A stretch of DNA of 64,000 nucleotides from Vicugna vicugna. Its lineage: Eukaryota. The notes under the pieces are model-generated. The model worked only from the letters and a program-made list of their open reading frames with translations, was not told the origin of the DNA and ran no database searches. The stretch is from positions 558,001 to 622,000 of the forward strand of contig MU057398.1 of NCBI GenBank assembly GCA_013265495.1, read 5' to 3'. The translations under genes were made by a program, and so were the position numbers. Below are positions 1 to 13,279 of this stretch, in pieces. Each line of letters starts with the position of its first letter. Within the stretch, counting starts at the first letter, position 1.

Positions 1-300
1 TGAAGCCTCAACCCCTATGTCACTGTATTTAGAGATGGGGCCTCTAGGGAAGTAATTAAGGTTGAAATAGGTCATAAGGGTGGGTCCCTGGTCTGATAGG
101 ATTAGTGTCCTTATATAAAGAGACACCAGCCCCCGCCGGCCTGCCCCTGCCCCAAGACAACCTACAAGCTAGGAAGAGCCTTTACCATAAACTGACCCTA
201 CCAGAACTTAATCTGGGACCTCCTGCCTCCCAACTACTGAGAAAATAAATGTCTGTTGTTTAAGCCATTCAGTCTCTATTTGTTTCCATTTGTTATGACT
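1..300 (+). mobile_element. MLT1-type (ERVL-MaLR) LTR fragment
   Basis: MLT1-like motifs: 'gtatttagagatggggcc...gtaattaaggtt...ggattagtgtcctt' and 3' 'gaaaataaatgtctgttgtttaagcca'. Subfamily not determined. Confidence 0.7.
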
Positions 301-1561
301 AAGACACCGTCCATGTGTCAATCACTGGCCGGAGGTGCTCCACAGCAGGGAGCTGTGTCTTTGTCAGCACCTTGCTTGGCCTGTCCCGTCTAACCACACT
401 TAAGTCACTTATTCTCTTGTTTTTCCCATAAATCCCCAAACTTTGAACAGAATTGTCCGTTGACTTTGCTCCCCCTTCCACAAGCTGCAGAGAGTGCTGC
501 TGGCAAAAACCACATCAGTGTGTAGACAAGTGTCACTAGGGATTCATGGGCTCCAAACAATCCTGCCACATGCCCCTAGCCAGCCTCTCTCTCTTTCCAT
601 TCAATTGCTCTTCCAGACTTTTCCCTCATACTGTTGACTTGGAAACAAAGAGGACAGACTAAACACATGCATTTACTTTCTCTCCCCACTGAAACCCCCC
701 TATAATGACAATAAATTACTTTTTAACAGCAAAATTCCCAAGGACAACATCACTAGGAGATGAGACAACAGCACCAAGATTGTGGTAGCAGAGAAGTAAC
801 CACTGTAGCGGATCCAAGAAGCCAGAGTGGTGCGGACAACTGAGCACCAGCTGAATTCACAGGGCAGAGCGAATACAACACTTAGAAATCAGTGGAAATG
901 GGGGGTAGGGGGGCAGTTGAAAGTGTGTAAGAGGCAGTTGGATGCCATCTTCCATTCCAGCAGAAGAGGAAGTTCATTCTTTGGAAATGATGAAACCAAG
1001 AATGTCCCAACTGGAAAGCACCAGGAACAGCCTAGGGGGCACCACACAGAAAATGGGGAGCCTGAATGAATATTTGCTCACTGAACATGGAGTCATCTGG
1101 GCCCTCTTGCCCCATGCTGTCCAGCCAGCCCCAGCTAGACTAAAGATCTTCCTCTGGGCTGTTAGACCATTCTAATAGGAAGGGACCAAAGAGGGTCACA
1201 CTGGGATTCCCCACGAAAACAGCCCAGGTGCTTCCACCTACAATGAAGCCCTTACTTGGCAAGCCCATCCCTTCCAATAAGCTCTGTATTATCTCATTCT
1301 TAAATATGAGATGACAACCAGACTCCCTCGGCACCCGAGGAAGCCTCTAACAGGAAAACATAAAAGAGAAAGATCAAAATGAAGAGGAAAACAATTGGTG
1401 GGAAACAGGATTGTGAAGGATAAGAAATATTTTCTTAAAAACTCCTTAACATCCTCTGGGAGATCATAGAATGAACATCCATGAGAGAAGAACCAGGTGC
1501 CATAAAAAAGAACATTCAGAGAACAAACAATAACTTTCTGTGGTAGCATAAATTCAAAAGT

Positions 1562-1700
1562 TGGCAAGGAAGGATATAGCTCAGTGGTTGAGCACATGCT
1601 TAGCATGTATGAGATCCAGGGTTCAATCCCTGGTACCGCCATTAAATAAACAAACAAACAAACCTAATTACCTCCCCCCAGAAAGATCAAAAATAAATAA
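1562..1700 (+). mobile_element. tRNA-Ala-derived SINE (Vic-1-like)
   Basis: A-box tagctcagtgg, B-box ggttcaatccc, 'aacctaattacctcccccc' tail, A-rich end; TSD ataaattcaaaagt at 1548-1561 and 1701-1714. Confidence 0.85.
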
Positions 1701-2326
1701 ATAAATTCAAAAGTCAGTAGACAGATATTTTGCTTCTGCTTAGGATACCAAAAAATGCAATACGACATCGTTACAAAACCGTAGGGTTTTTTTTTTTCTT
1801 TTCAGCCTATCAGGGAACTGAACTTGCAACAACAACAACTTGCAATGAATTTTTTAAAGGACAAGTATGGGACCACATGACATTTTGAATCCCTAGGGGC
1901 CTCAGACAGAAAGAGAGTTTGCATTTACCCACCAACTCCTTTCCATAGGTTTTCAGCAAGAAAAGTCTGGAGGCAGGGCAGGTGGGCTGAGAGAAATCAC
2001 ACTGCAGACCTTCCAGTGGTGGGTGGTGGCCAGAGGCGGGCAGAAGAGCTAAGAGAGACCATCCCCAGGCTGCAGGGACACAGGGGCTGCTGACGTCATA
2101 AGGCAGGGGGAGGAGGAGCTTGCTGTGGTGGTGGTTGAGGCAGAAGACCTGAAAGAGATACTCCTAAGGCACGTATTCATGCATCTACTGAAGTTTCAGC
2201 TTACAATCCTGCTAAAGAGAAGGTTTTGATCCTGTCTTGAAAGACTTTGGAGTCTTTGGGGAACCAAATCTATCTAAAGCAACCAGAAATCCCAGACCAG
2301 ATTGATTCAAAACTACCCTCCAATAC

Positions 2327-2352
2327 CACACACACACACACACACACACACA
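2327..2352. repeat. (CA)n microsatellite
   Basis: Direct reading. Confidence 0.9.
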
Positions 2353-2379
2353 GCCTAACAGAAGGAAAGGCATGGCTTT

Positions 2380-2990
2380 GGGGGGCATAAATGTTATTTA
2401 TTATACTCCCTACTGTTCCGTTATATACAATGTCTGGCATTCAATATAAAAAAATAAGATACATATGGAAAAGCAAGGAACTATGATCCATTCTCAAGAG
2501 GAAAGAATCAATAAAACCAGAGTCATAGATGGCCCAGGTGCTGGATTTATCAGATAGAGACTTTAAAATAATGATATAGTTATCATAATTCTGACATCCT
2601 CTAGGCACTTCATAGTCAAACTGCTGAAAAGCAAAATTAAAAAAAAACCTTTGAAAGCAGTCAGAGAAAAAAAGACATGCTACCTACAAGGCAACAGTAA
2701 GAGTGACAGCAGATTCCTAATCTAAAAAGAAAACCAACAACATCTTCAAATGCTGAAAGAAAACTAAAAATTTTCAATCTGGAATTCTATATTCAGTGAA
2801 AATATCCTACAAAAATTAAGGCAAAATACGGTCACATCCCCAGCTGAGAATAAATAACAAATTCATCTCCAGCAGACTTGCAATAAAAGAAATGCTAAAA
2901 TAAATTATTTAGATGGAAAATAAATTATACCAGACTGAAGAAAGAAATGAAAAACACCAGAAAGAGAAAATATACGACTATTTACTCTTT
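2380..2990 (+). mobile_element. Ancient L1 (L1M-type) ORF1 relic, resuming after 6140
   Basis: A-rich degenerate ORF1-like sequence ('acatcttcaaatgctgaaagaaaa...attctatattcagtgaaaatatcc'). Confidence 0.6.
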
Positions 2991-3505
2991 TTTTAAATAG
3001 ATTTTATTCTTTTAGAGCAGTTTCAGATTCACAACAGAATTGAGCAGAAAATACAGAGTTTGCACATAGCCCTCCCCACCCACACATGTATACTCCCCTA
3101 CCCTCAACATCCCTCATCAGTGTGACATATTTGGTACAATCGATGAACCAAGATGATGGACACATTATTATCAACCAAAGTGCATAGTTTACATTAGGGT
3201 TCACCCTTGATGTTGTATCTTGATGGGTTTTGACAAATGTATAATGACATGTAGCCACCACTGTAGTATCATACAGAATAATTTCATTGCCCTAAAAATC
3301 CCTTGCGCTCCATCTGTTCATCCCTCCCTCCCTCTCCCCAAACCACTGGAAACCATGATCATTTATTGTTTCTGTAGCTGTGCCTTTTCCAGAATGTCAT
3401 TTGGTTGGAATCATACAGTTTGTAGCCTTTTCAGATTGACTTCTTTCATTCAGCAATATATCTTTTAAATTTCTTCCATGTCTTTCATGGCTTGATAGCC
3501 CATTT
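2991..3505 (-). mobile_element. L1MC-like 3' UTR, antisense
   Basis: 'tttttagagcagtttcagattcaca...agagttt...tgtagccttttcagattgacttctttca' resembles L1MC 3' ends; minus-strand AATAAA at 3003-3008. Confidence 0.65.
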
Positions 3506-3609
3506 CTTTTTTTTTTTTCACTGAACATATATTTTTATTTTACATATATGTACTGTTCATTGTTTCTAAGAACATTTAGAGCTCTAGCTTTTTAAACTTA
3601 CATAGTTAT

Positions 3610-4220
3610 CAAAGGAATAATGCCAACCACAAAACAAGAATTAATTCAAAAAGATACATACACCCTGCTATTAACAGCAATATTATTTATAATTGCCGAG
3701 ATATGGAAGCATCCTAAGTGCACATCAATAGTATAGATAATGAAGATGCAGTGTGTATATATATATACATACATACATATGTATATATGTATACATATAT
3801 ATGTATATATGTATGTATGTATATATATATGGAATGAAATGCAACTCACCCATAAAAGAGAAGTATATTTTGCCATTTGCAGCCTTTCATTCACTTTTTT
3901 TTTCACTTCAAAAACCAGAACTTTATAACTGGCAGAGACATTTCCATTGCATCAAAAACAACAAAATACCTAGAAATAAACTTAACCAAGGAGGTTACCT
4001 ATATTCCAAAAACCAAAATGACTCAAAGAAATGGAAAGACTTTTTGTGCTCTTGGATTGGAAGAATCAACACCATCAAAATGGCCACAGTACCCAAAGCA
4101 ATCCACAGATCCAACGCAACCCCCGTCAAAATACTCATGACATTCCTCACAGAACTAGAACAGACAGTTCCAGAATTTATAAGGAACCACAAAAGACCCC
4201 AAACAGCCAAAGCAATCTTT
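3610..4220 (+). mobile_element. L1 ORF2 fragments in sense orientation, with an embedded (TA)n tract at about 3754-3830
   Basis: Translates to L1 ORF2-like 'KYLEINLTKEV...KWKDFLCSWIGRINTIKMATVPKAIHRSNATPVKI'. Confidence 0.75.
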
Positions 4221-6125
4221 TGTAGGTCTCTATTTTCCCCCTTTCTTCTTTTTGTTCTCTTTTCTTATGGTTTGATGACTAGAGAAGTTCCTTTAACATT
4301 TGTTGTAAAGCTGGTTTGGTGGTGCTGAAATCTTTTAGCTTTTGTTTATCTGTGAAGCTTTTGATTTCTCCATCAAGTCTGAATGAGAGCCCTGCTGGAC
4401 AGAGTATTCTTGGTTGTAAGTTTCCCCCTTTCCTCACTTTAAATATATCGCGTCACTCCCTTCTGGCTTGTAGAGTTTCTGCTGAAAAATCGGCTGACAA
4501 CCTTATGGGAGTTCCCTTGTATGCTATTCATTGCTTTTCTCTTTACTTTTAATATTTTCTCCTTATCCTTAATTGTTGTCAGTTGGATGACTATGTGCCT
4601 TGGTGTGTTCCTCTTTGGGTTGATTCTGTGTGGTACTCTGCGCTTCCAGGACTTGGGTGACTGTTTCCTTTCCCAGGTTGGGGAAGTTTCCTGTTATTAT
4701 CTCTCCAAACATGTTCTCAGGTCCTTTCTCTCTCTCTTCTCTTTCTCGGACCCCTACAATGTGAATATTAGAGCACTTCAAGTTGTCCCAGAGTTCTCTT
4801 AAATTATCCTCATTTCTTTTTATTCTTTTCTTCTTTTTTCTGTTCTGTAGCAGTGATTTCCATGAATCTGTCTTCTAGCTCACTGATCTGTTCTTCTGCC
4901 TCATTTAGTCTATTCTGGGTTCCTTCTAGTGTGTTATTCATTTCAGTGATTTTATTCTTGAACTCTGTTTGGGTATTCTTTATATTTTCCACCTCTTTGC
5001 TAAAAACTTCGCTCTGTGCATCTACCCTCCTCTTGAGTTCTCTGAACATCTTGGCCATCATTACTTTAAACTCTTTCTCAGATGGATTGTCTATCTCCTC
5101 ATCACTTATTTCTTCCTCTGGGATTTTATCTTGTGCCTCGGCCTGGGAGATATTCCTCTGCCGCTTCATATCTTCTATCTTTCTATGTGTTTGTGGACTC
5201 CTTCCACAGGCTCTGGGATTGTTGTTTTCTTATTTCTGGTATCTGCCCTGGTGGATGAGGCTGGTGGATGCCCAGGAAACTAGAGGCTCATGCAGGTTTC
5301 CTGGCAGGAGGAGCCAGTGCCTGCCCACTGCTGGGTGAAGCTTGGTCCTGGACCTCTGGTGGGCAGGGCTGTGTCTAGAGGCCTTTGTGGCTCAGGAAGT
5401 CTGCTGACGGGTGGGGCTGTGCTCCCACCCTGTATGTTGTTTGGCCTGAGGCTTCCCTACAGGCTGTTGAGTGGGGCTAGGTCTCGGTGATAATGATCCA
5501 ATCAAGATGTCAGCCTGCAGGAAAGCTCATGTAGATTAACACTCCCGGAATGCCGGCCATCAGCTTTTATGTCCCCTGGGTGAGCAGCAGCTGTCCCCCA
5601 TGTCCCCAGGAGACCCTTCAAATCCAGCAGGCAGGTCTGGCCCAGGTTCCTATGAAATCACTGCCTCTGCCCTTGAATCTGGTGCATGTGAGTTTCCATG
5701 TACACTTCTCAAGCGAATGGAGTCTCCGTTTCCCCTAGTCCCTTGGGGCTCCCAGAGCCAAGTCCCACTTGCCTTCAAAACCAGATGTCCTGGGGTCTCC
5801 TTCTCCTCCCAGTACCAGGGCCCAAGCTGGGGATCCTGACATGAGGCTTAGAGCTCTCACTCCTGTGGGAGGGCCTCTCAGACTTAACAAATCTTCAGCT
5901 TGTGGGTCACCCACCCGGGGGATATGGGGCCCAATTATATCAGCATTACGTCCCTCCTACCGTCCTGCTGTGGTTTCCTTTTTATGTTTCCAGTTGAAGA
6001 AGATCTCTTTTGCTAGGTTCCAATCTTTTTTCGATGGTTGTTTAGCATTCAGTTGTGGTTTCATTGTAGTCATGAGGAGAGGTGAGTTCATGGTCCTATC
6101 ACTCTGCCATCTTGACCAGAAATCT
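4221..6125 (-). mobile_element. Younger L1 5' UTR plus ORF1 (frameshifted), antisense
   Basis: ORF 4810..5169 'MKRQRNISQ...EFKVMMAKMFREL...LEGTQNRLNEAEEQISELED' and 4569..4781 'NIHIVGV...ENMFGEIITGNFPNLGKE' are L1 ORF1p-like; the 5' end carries the YY1-type caagatggc (rc of gccatcttg near 6106-6114). Confidence 0.85.
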
Positions 6126-6559
6126 GACTATTTACTCTTTAAAGTAAAAATAATAACAATGTAATGTGGAGTTATCTTTTTGTATATTGTGCATAAAAAT
6201 AAAGTATATGACAACCAGAACATAAAGGTTGGGACTGTAGCAATTGGAATACTGTTGTGGCATTCTTACACTGTTCATAAAGTAGTAGAATATTTTTTTC
6301 CAAAGGTAGAATGTGCTAAATTAAAGAAACAAATTGTAATCTCTAGAGCAACAATTTAAAAAATAACACCAAAAGATTTATAACTAAAAAGTCAATAAAC
6401 AAGATGAAATACTGAAAAAAATTCAGTTTGTCCACTCCCAAAAGGGCAGAAAAGAACAAGAAGAAAAATGGATGAAATAAATAGAAATCAAACATTGAGA
6501 TGATATACTTAGACCCAAAGATATCAATAATTATATTAAATATAAATGGACTAAAACTC

Positions 6560-7757
6560 TATTCCAGTTACTGTTGCTGCATAACAAATTGCTCCAAAAC
6601 TTAGTCTTTTTAAACAATTGCAATCATTTTCTTACTGCTCATGGTTTCTGAGAGTCAAGTATATGGGAAAGACATTCTTCAAAAAGCTAAACATAGAATG
6701 AGCTACAATCCAGCAATTCCATTCCTAGGTGTATCCTCAAAAGAATTGAAAACAGAGACTCAGACAGATACTTGTAATGTCAGTGTTCACTGCAGCATAA
6801 TTCACAATCGCCAAAAGGTGGAAACAACCCAAATGTCTATCAACAGGTGAATGAGTAATGTATTATTCAATCATAGAAGGGAACGAAGTTTGGATACATG
6901 CTACAATATGGATGAACCTTGAAAACAGTATACTGAGTGAAAGAAGCCAAATACTGAAGGACAAATATTGTATGTTTCCATTTATATCAAATACCTATCC
7001 ATAGGGACAGAAAGTAGACTAGAGGTTACCAGAGGATGAGGAGAGGGGAGAATGGAGAGTTATTGCTTAAGGGGTACAGAGCTTCTACTTATGGTGATTT
7101 TAAAAAGATTTGGAAACAGGAGACAGGTAGTGGTGATGGCTGATGGCTGCACAACCTTGTGAATGTAATTAATGCCACTGAATTGTACACTTAAAATAGT
7201 TTGAGATATATATATGTGTGTGTGTGTGTGTATATATATATATCTCACTATTTTTCATATATGTATACCACAACTCTACAATTAAATAAAAAAAGAATTT
7301 GGGAGAGGGTAAACTGGGCAGTTCTGGCTGAAGGTCTTTTATGCAGTTGCCATTAGACAGTGGCTGGAGCAACTTAGAGCCGGTTGAGCATCTCTCTCTG
7401 TTCATGTCATCTTGGAGCCTTTCCATGTGGTCCCTCCATAAGGGCTAATTTGGGCTTCTTAATAGCATGGCAGACACAGGGAACCTGGACTGATTAGGTG
7501 GTAGCCAAAGGCTGGAAGTGTGAGCATCCCTGCTAACAAGGTAGAAGCCACACTTCCTTTTCTGACCTTGCCTCGGAAGTCAAGCGGCATCACTTTTTAT
7601 CATATCATGTTGATTACAAGCAAGTCACAAGCCTGGCCAGATTATAGCGGGGAGGGTTAAATTCCACCTCCTGATGGGAAAATGGCAAGGTTCCAGGAGA
7701 CCATGTGGGATAGGAGACATTGTTGGGGCTACCTTTGAAAAACACAATCTGCCACAC
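6560..7757 (-). mobile_element. MLT1-type LTR interrupted by an L1MB 3' end
   Basis: 'ttactgttgctgcataacaaattgctccaaaacttagt' at the left end and 'aatctgccaca' at the right end are MLT1-like termini; split at about 6665-7295. Confidence 0.55.
6665..7295 (+). mobile_element. L1MB-type 3' end
   Basis: 'gcaattccattcctaggt...ggaaacaacccaaatgtc...atggatgaaccttgaaaac...gaattgtacacttaaaat'. Confidence 0.75.
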
Positions 7758-7759
7758 AC

Positions 7760-10700
7760 ATCAGTTAAAAGGCAAAGCCTGTCAGGCTGGATAAAATAGC
7801 TATATGTTATTTACAAGAAGCATCCTTTAAGCATAAAGACACAGAAAAGTTGAAAGTAAAAGGATGGGAAAAGATATACCACACAAACACTGAGCATAAA
7901 AAAGCTGGTATAGCTATATTAATATCAGATAGAGTCAAATTCAAGACAAAGATTATACCTGAGATAAAGAGGACTATTTTATAATGGAAAAGGGACAAAT
8001 AACTAAGAAGTCATAATCATTTAAAATATGCAAGCACCAAATAACAAATCCCCCAAATATATGAAACAAAAATTGACAGCACCAATGGGTTCTAGAAATA
8101 GACAAATCTGTAAGCCTAGTTGGAGACTTTTACATCCCTTTCTCAGGAATTGATAAAATAAATAGGAAAAAAATCATTAAGAATATAGAATATTTAGGGG
8201 GAGGGTATAGCTCAGTGGTAGAATGCATGCCTAGCAGGCACAAGGTCCTGGGTTCAATCCCCAGGACCACCTTTAAAAAAAAAGAATATAGAAGATTTGA
8301 ACAACACTATCAACCAAAGCAACTTAATTGATATTTATGCAATCCGACACCCAACATTCTTGGCAGTAGAACAAGTCTCAATAAATTACAAAGGATAGAA
8401 GTCATACAAAGCAGGATATCTGATCACAATGATATTGAATTAGAAACCAATAACAAAACTATATCTAGGAAATTTCTAACTGTTTGGTAATGAAAACCTA
8501 TACACTTCTAAGTAACCCATGGACCAAAGGAGAAATCACAAATTAAATTAGAAAATATGTTTATTTGAATAAAACTAAAGGCATAAAATATCATAAATTG
8601 GGAATTCGACTAAACAAGTGATTAGAAGAAAATGTATAGCATTAACTGCTTATATCAGAAAAGGAGAAAGGTCCCAGATCAATTATTTTTTGCAGTTTGT
8701 TATTTTTCTTACGACTTTTTTCCATGCAGGAATTAAAAGAATGTTTTTAATAGTTGAATTTAGTGAATTTAAGTGAAATAATCCAGACAAAGACAAATAC
8801 CACATGATCTCACTTATAGGCAAAATCTGAAAACGTGGAACATGCAGTAACAGAGGAATGGTGATTAGTAAAGGTTGGGGTGGAGAGAAATGAAGAGGTG
8901 CAGGTCAAAGAGTACAAATGTTCAGTTATGAGATGAATAAGTTCTGGAGACCTAATACAGAGCATGGTGAACTCTGCTAAGCATAGACCTCAAGGGTTCT
9001 CCCCACCACCACCAAAACAAAAAGTAACTAGAAGGGGTGATGGATGTGTTAATTGGCTCAATTGTGGTAATCATTTCTCATTTCACAAAGTATATGTATA
9101 CCAAAACATCACTTTGTATGCCTCAAATATATACAATTTCAAATTCCGATCATACCTCAATAAAGCTGGGGGAAAACAGTTGGAATTTAGTAGTACTTTT
9201 TTTTACAGCTTCTTGTTTTACCTGTTTATTTCTGTTTGTTTCACTATACTGAGGAAGGCTTGTCCACAGCGAGATACAAAAATTCTCCCATGTTTTCTTC
9301 CAGTACCTGTGTTCTTCCACTTTTCACATTCTAACCTTTCCTCTAATCTGGAATTTATTTTGCTATAAAGTGTGAGGTGGTGATCCATTTTTTTCCAGAT
9401 CACTTTCTAGTTTCTCCAATATCTTTTATTAAATAAACCATCTTTTCCCAGCTGATTTAGAATACCACCTTTATAATAAATGTATATATATATAAATTAT
9501 GCATAAAAATTTACATATCCATGTTTCTAGGCTTTTAATTTTGTTTCATTGATCTATCTGCCTAGTGTTAAAAAACAAAATTTAACTGAGTAAATTTGAA
9601 GATCAAATTGGCTTTATTAGGTGATTCATGAATTGGGCAGCATCTCAATCTAGCAACTAGAAGGGTGTTCCCCCAAATCAATTATTTAAGCTTCCACTTT
9701 TAAAAACTAGAAAAGGGAGAGTAAATTAAAAAATAAGTAGATGGGAGAAAACAAAGATAAAGAGCAGAAACCAATAAAGTAGAAAACAGAAAATTAATAT
9801 AGTAAATCTATGACACCAAAAGCTTGTCTTTGAAAAGATTAATGAAAATGATAAACCTTTAACCACTCTGATTGGAAAAAATGAAAGAGGGGCCATCACT
9901 ACAGATCTTACAAACACTAAAAGGATAATAAGGGAATATTGTGGAAAACATGTGGTAATATATTAGACGAAAGAAAAAAATTCTGTGAAGCATACAATCA
10001 AAGTTCATTCAGGAAGAAATAAATAACCTGAATAACCCTGTTTTTGTACCTAAAAACTTTTTCACAAAGAAAGCTCCAGGCTTATAGGACTTCGCTGGTG
10101 AATTCCACCAAACCTTATGGAAGAAATCACACCAATTCTACACAAACTCTTCCAGAAAATAAAAGAGAGAAGAACTCTTCCCAATTAATTTTACAAGGTC
10201 AGCATTATTGTTATGCCAAAACCAGACATTACATTAAGAGGAAACTACAGACCAGTATTGCTCATAAATACACATGATGTAAAAATACTAACCAAAATTT
10301 GAGCAAATCAAATCCAGTAATACATAAAAAGATAACATATCATGAACAAATAGAGCTCTGGTTTGCTTTGACATTTGAAAATCAGTCAATGTAATTAATC
10401 ATACTAACAGAGCGACAACAGAAAAAGAAAACCATATGAGCCTCTCAATAGATACAGGAAAAACATTTGACGACACTCACTTGTGATAAAAGCTCTCAGT
10501 AAACTAAGAACAGAGGGAAACCACCTCAGCTCAATAGAGTGTGTCTATGAAAAACCCACAGCTACTATCATATTTAATGGCAACAGATTGACTACTTTCC
10601 CTTACGATCAGGAACAAGGCAAAGATGTCTGCTTTCATCACTCTCACTCATCACTGCACCAGAAGCCCTAGCTAGTGTGGTAAGGTGCGGAAAAGGAGTA

Positions 10701-11209
10701 AAAGGCATGTAGACTAGAAAGGAAAAAGTAAAATTGTCATTATTCAAAGATGACATGATTGCCTATGTTTAAAAAATATCCTAAGATGTCTACAAAAACC
10801 AATAGAACAAGTGAGGTTAGCAAGTTTGCAGGATAAACAGTTAATATGCAAAAATCAATAGTTCTATACACTAGCAACAGACAATCAGAAACTGACATTT
10901 AAGGGTACCATTTACAATAGCACCCAAAATAAGAATACTTAGAGATAACTTAACAACATATGTGCAAAACCTATACACCAAAAACTACAAAATATTGCTG
11001 AGAGAAATTAAAGAAACTTAAATAAATGGAAAGAAATACCCCATTTATGGGTGGAAAGACTTTATTGTCAAGATGTCAATTCACCCCAGATTTACCTACA
11101 GATTCAACATAATGGCAATTAAAATCCTGGCAGGCTTCTTCTTCTTTCTTTTTTGTAGAGACTGACAGGATGATTCTTTAATTTATATGGAAATGCAAAT
11201 TACCTAGAC
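7760..11209 (+). mobile_element. Degenerate L1 ORF2 (EN/RT region) with nested insertions: SINE, L1MA-like 3' end at about 8740-9175, antisense L1 at about 9200-9560, LTR-like piece at about 9565-9670
   Basis: ORF2-like translations, e.g. 'MIKALSKLRTEGNHLSSIECVYEKPTATIIFNG'; rc 'MIWKKMDHHLTLYSKINSR'. Confidence 0.7.
8197..8281 (+). mobile_element. Short tRNA-Ala-derived SINE (tRNA head plus poly(A) only)
   Basis: A and B boxes; TSD aagaatatagaa(t/g)attt at 8179-8195 and 8282-8298. Confidence 0.85.
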
Positions 11210-12249
11210 TATTACTACTAGACTCTTCAATAAATGGTGCTGGGAAAACTGGATAACTACATGTAAAAGAATGAAATTAGAACATTCTCTAACACCATAT
11301 CCAAAAATAAACTTGGGGAGTGGGTGTAGCTCAGTGGTGTTAGAGCGCATGCTTTGCATGGACAAGGTCCTGGGTTCAACCCCCAGTACCTCCGTTAAAA
11401 TAAATAAATAAATAATAAACCTAATTACCTTCCCTTCCCCGCCACAAAAAGAAACTCAAAATGGATTAAAGACCTAAATGTAAGATGGAATACTATGAAA
11501 CCACTAGAGGAAAACATAGGCAGAGCACTCTTTGACATAAATCAAAGCAATATTTTTTTGGATCTGTCTTCTAAAGGAAATAAAAGGAAAAATAAATGAA
11601 TGGAACCTAATTAAACTTACAAGCTTTCACACAGCAAAGGAAACCATCAACAAAACAAAAAGATAACCTACTGAATGGGAGAAGATATTTGCAAATGATA
11701 TAACTGATAAGGGGTTAATATCCAACATATATAAACAGCTCATACAACTTACGTCAAAAAAATGAACAACCCGATTTAAAAATGGGTAGAGAAACTGAAT
11801 AGACCTTTTTCCAAGGAGGAAATGCAGACAGCCATCAGGCACGTGAAAAGATACGCAACATGGCTAATTGTCAGGGAAATGCAAATCAAAACCACAATCA
11901 GATATCCCCTCATACCTATCAGAGTTGCTGTCATCAAAAAGAACACAAATAATAAATGTTGGCGAGGATGTGGAGAAAAGGGAACCCTCCTACACTGTTG
12001 GTAAGAATGTAAATTGGTGTGGCCACTATGGAGGACAGTATGGAGCTTTCTCAAAAAACTAAAAAGAGAACTACTATATGATCCAGCAATCCCACTCCTG
12101 GGTATATGTCTGAAAAAAACAAACAGAAAAAACTAATTCAGAAAGCTACATGCACCCCAATGTTCATAGCAGCATTATTTATAATTGCCAAGATATGGAA
12201 GCACCCCAAATGTCCATCAACAGATAAATGGATAAAGAAGATATGGTAT

Positions 12250-12291
<42 letters not shown>

Positions 12292-12772
12292 GAATATTAC
12301 TCAGGCATAAAAAAGAATGAAATAATGCCATTTGCAGCAACATGGATAGACCTAGAGATTATCATATTGAGTGAAGTAAGTCAAATGGAGAAAGACAAAT
12401 GTTATATGATATCATTTATATGTGGAATCTAAAAAAATGATACAAGTTCTATTTACAAGCTTAAAAATGGCTCATGGACATAGAAAACAAACTATGGTTA
12501 CCAAAGGGGAAAGGGAGGGGAGGGATAAATTAGGGGTTGGGGTTTAACAGATAATATACATTACTGTATATAAAATAGATAAACGACAAGGACCTACTGT
12601 ATGGCACAGGGAACTATATTTAATTTTTTGTAATAACATATAATGGAAAAGAATCTGAAAAGAAAAAATATATATGTATGTATATGTATAACTGAATCAC
12701 TTTGCCGTACACCTGAAACTAACATAGTGTAAATCAACTATACTTCAATAAAAACATTTTTAAAAAGATGTG

Positions 12773-12819
<47 letters not shown>

Positions 12820-13253
12820 CACACACACACACAATGGAATACTACTCAGCCATAAAAAAGAAAGAAATTTTGCCATTTGCAGCAACAGGGATGGACTTGG
12901 AAGGCATTATGCTAACTGAAATAAGTCAGACAGAGAAAGACAAATACTGTATGATATCATTTTATATGTGGAATCTAAAACATACAACAAACTAGTGAAT
13001 ATAACAAAAAAGAAGCCAACTCAGAGATACAGAGAACCACCTAGTGGTTACCAGTGGGGTGGGGGGCAGGATAGGGGTGGAAGATAGGGAGGGACAAACT
13101 ATTAGGTACAAAATGGGCTAGAAGGACATACTGTACAGCATGGGAATGTAGCCAATATTTTGTAATAACTATAAATGGAGTGTAACCTTTAGTTGTATTA
13201 CTTTTTTTAATTTTAAAAAACATGTCGAATCATGTTAATAAATAAATAAAATA
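11210..13253 (+). mobile_element. Younger 5'-truncated L1 (ORF2 C-terminus and 3' UTR) with two tandem 3' ends
   Basis: ORF2 CCHC-region translation '[18 protein letters not shown]' and 'TCTPMFIAALFIIAKIWKHPKCPSTDKWIKK'; flanked by a 26-bp direct repeat. Confidence 0.85.
11315..11448 (+). mobile_element. tRNA-Ala-derived SINE (Vic-1-like)
   Basis: gtagctcagtgg...gggttcaaccccc...aacctaattacct; inserted in L1. Confidence 0.85.
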
Positions 13254-13279
13254 TATATGGAAATGCAAATTACCTAGAC

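Noticed and set aside
8197..8275. tRNA-Ala gene-like sequence (also the heads of the other SINEs)
   Set aside because: Stems are disrupted, and poly(A) tails with TSDs identify them as retroposed SINE copies, not tRNA genes.
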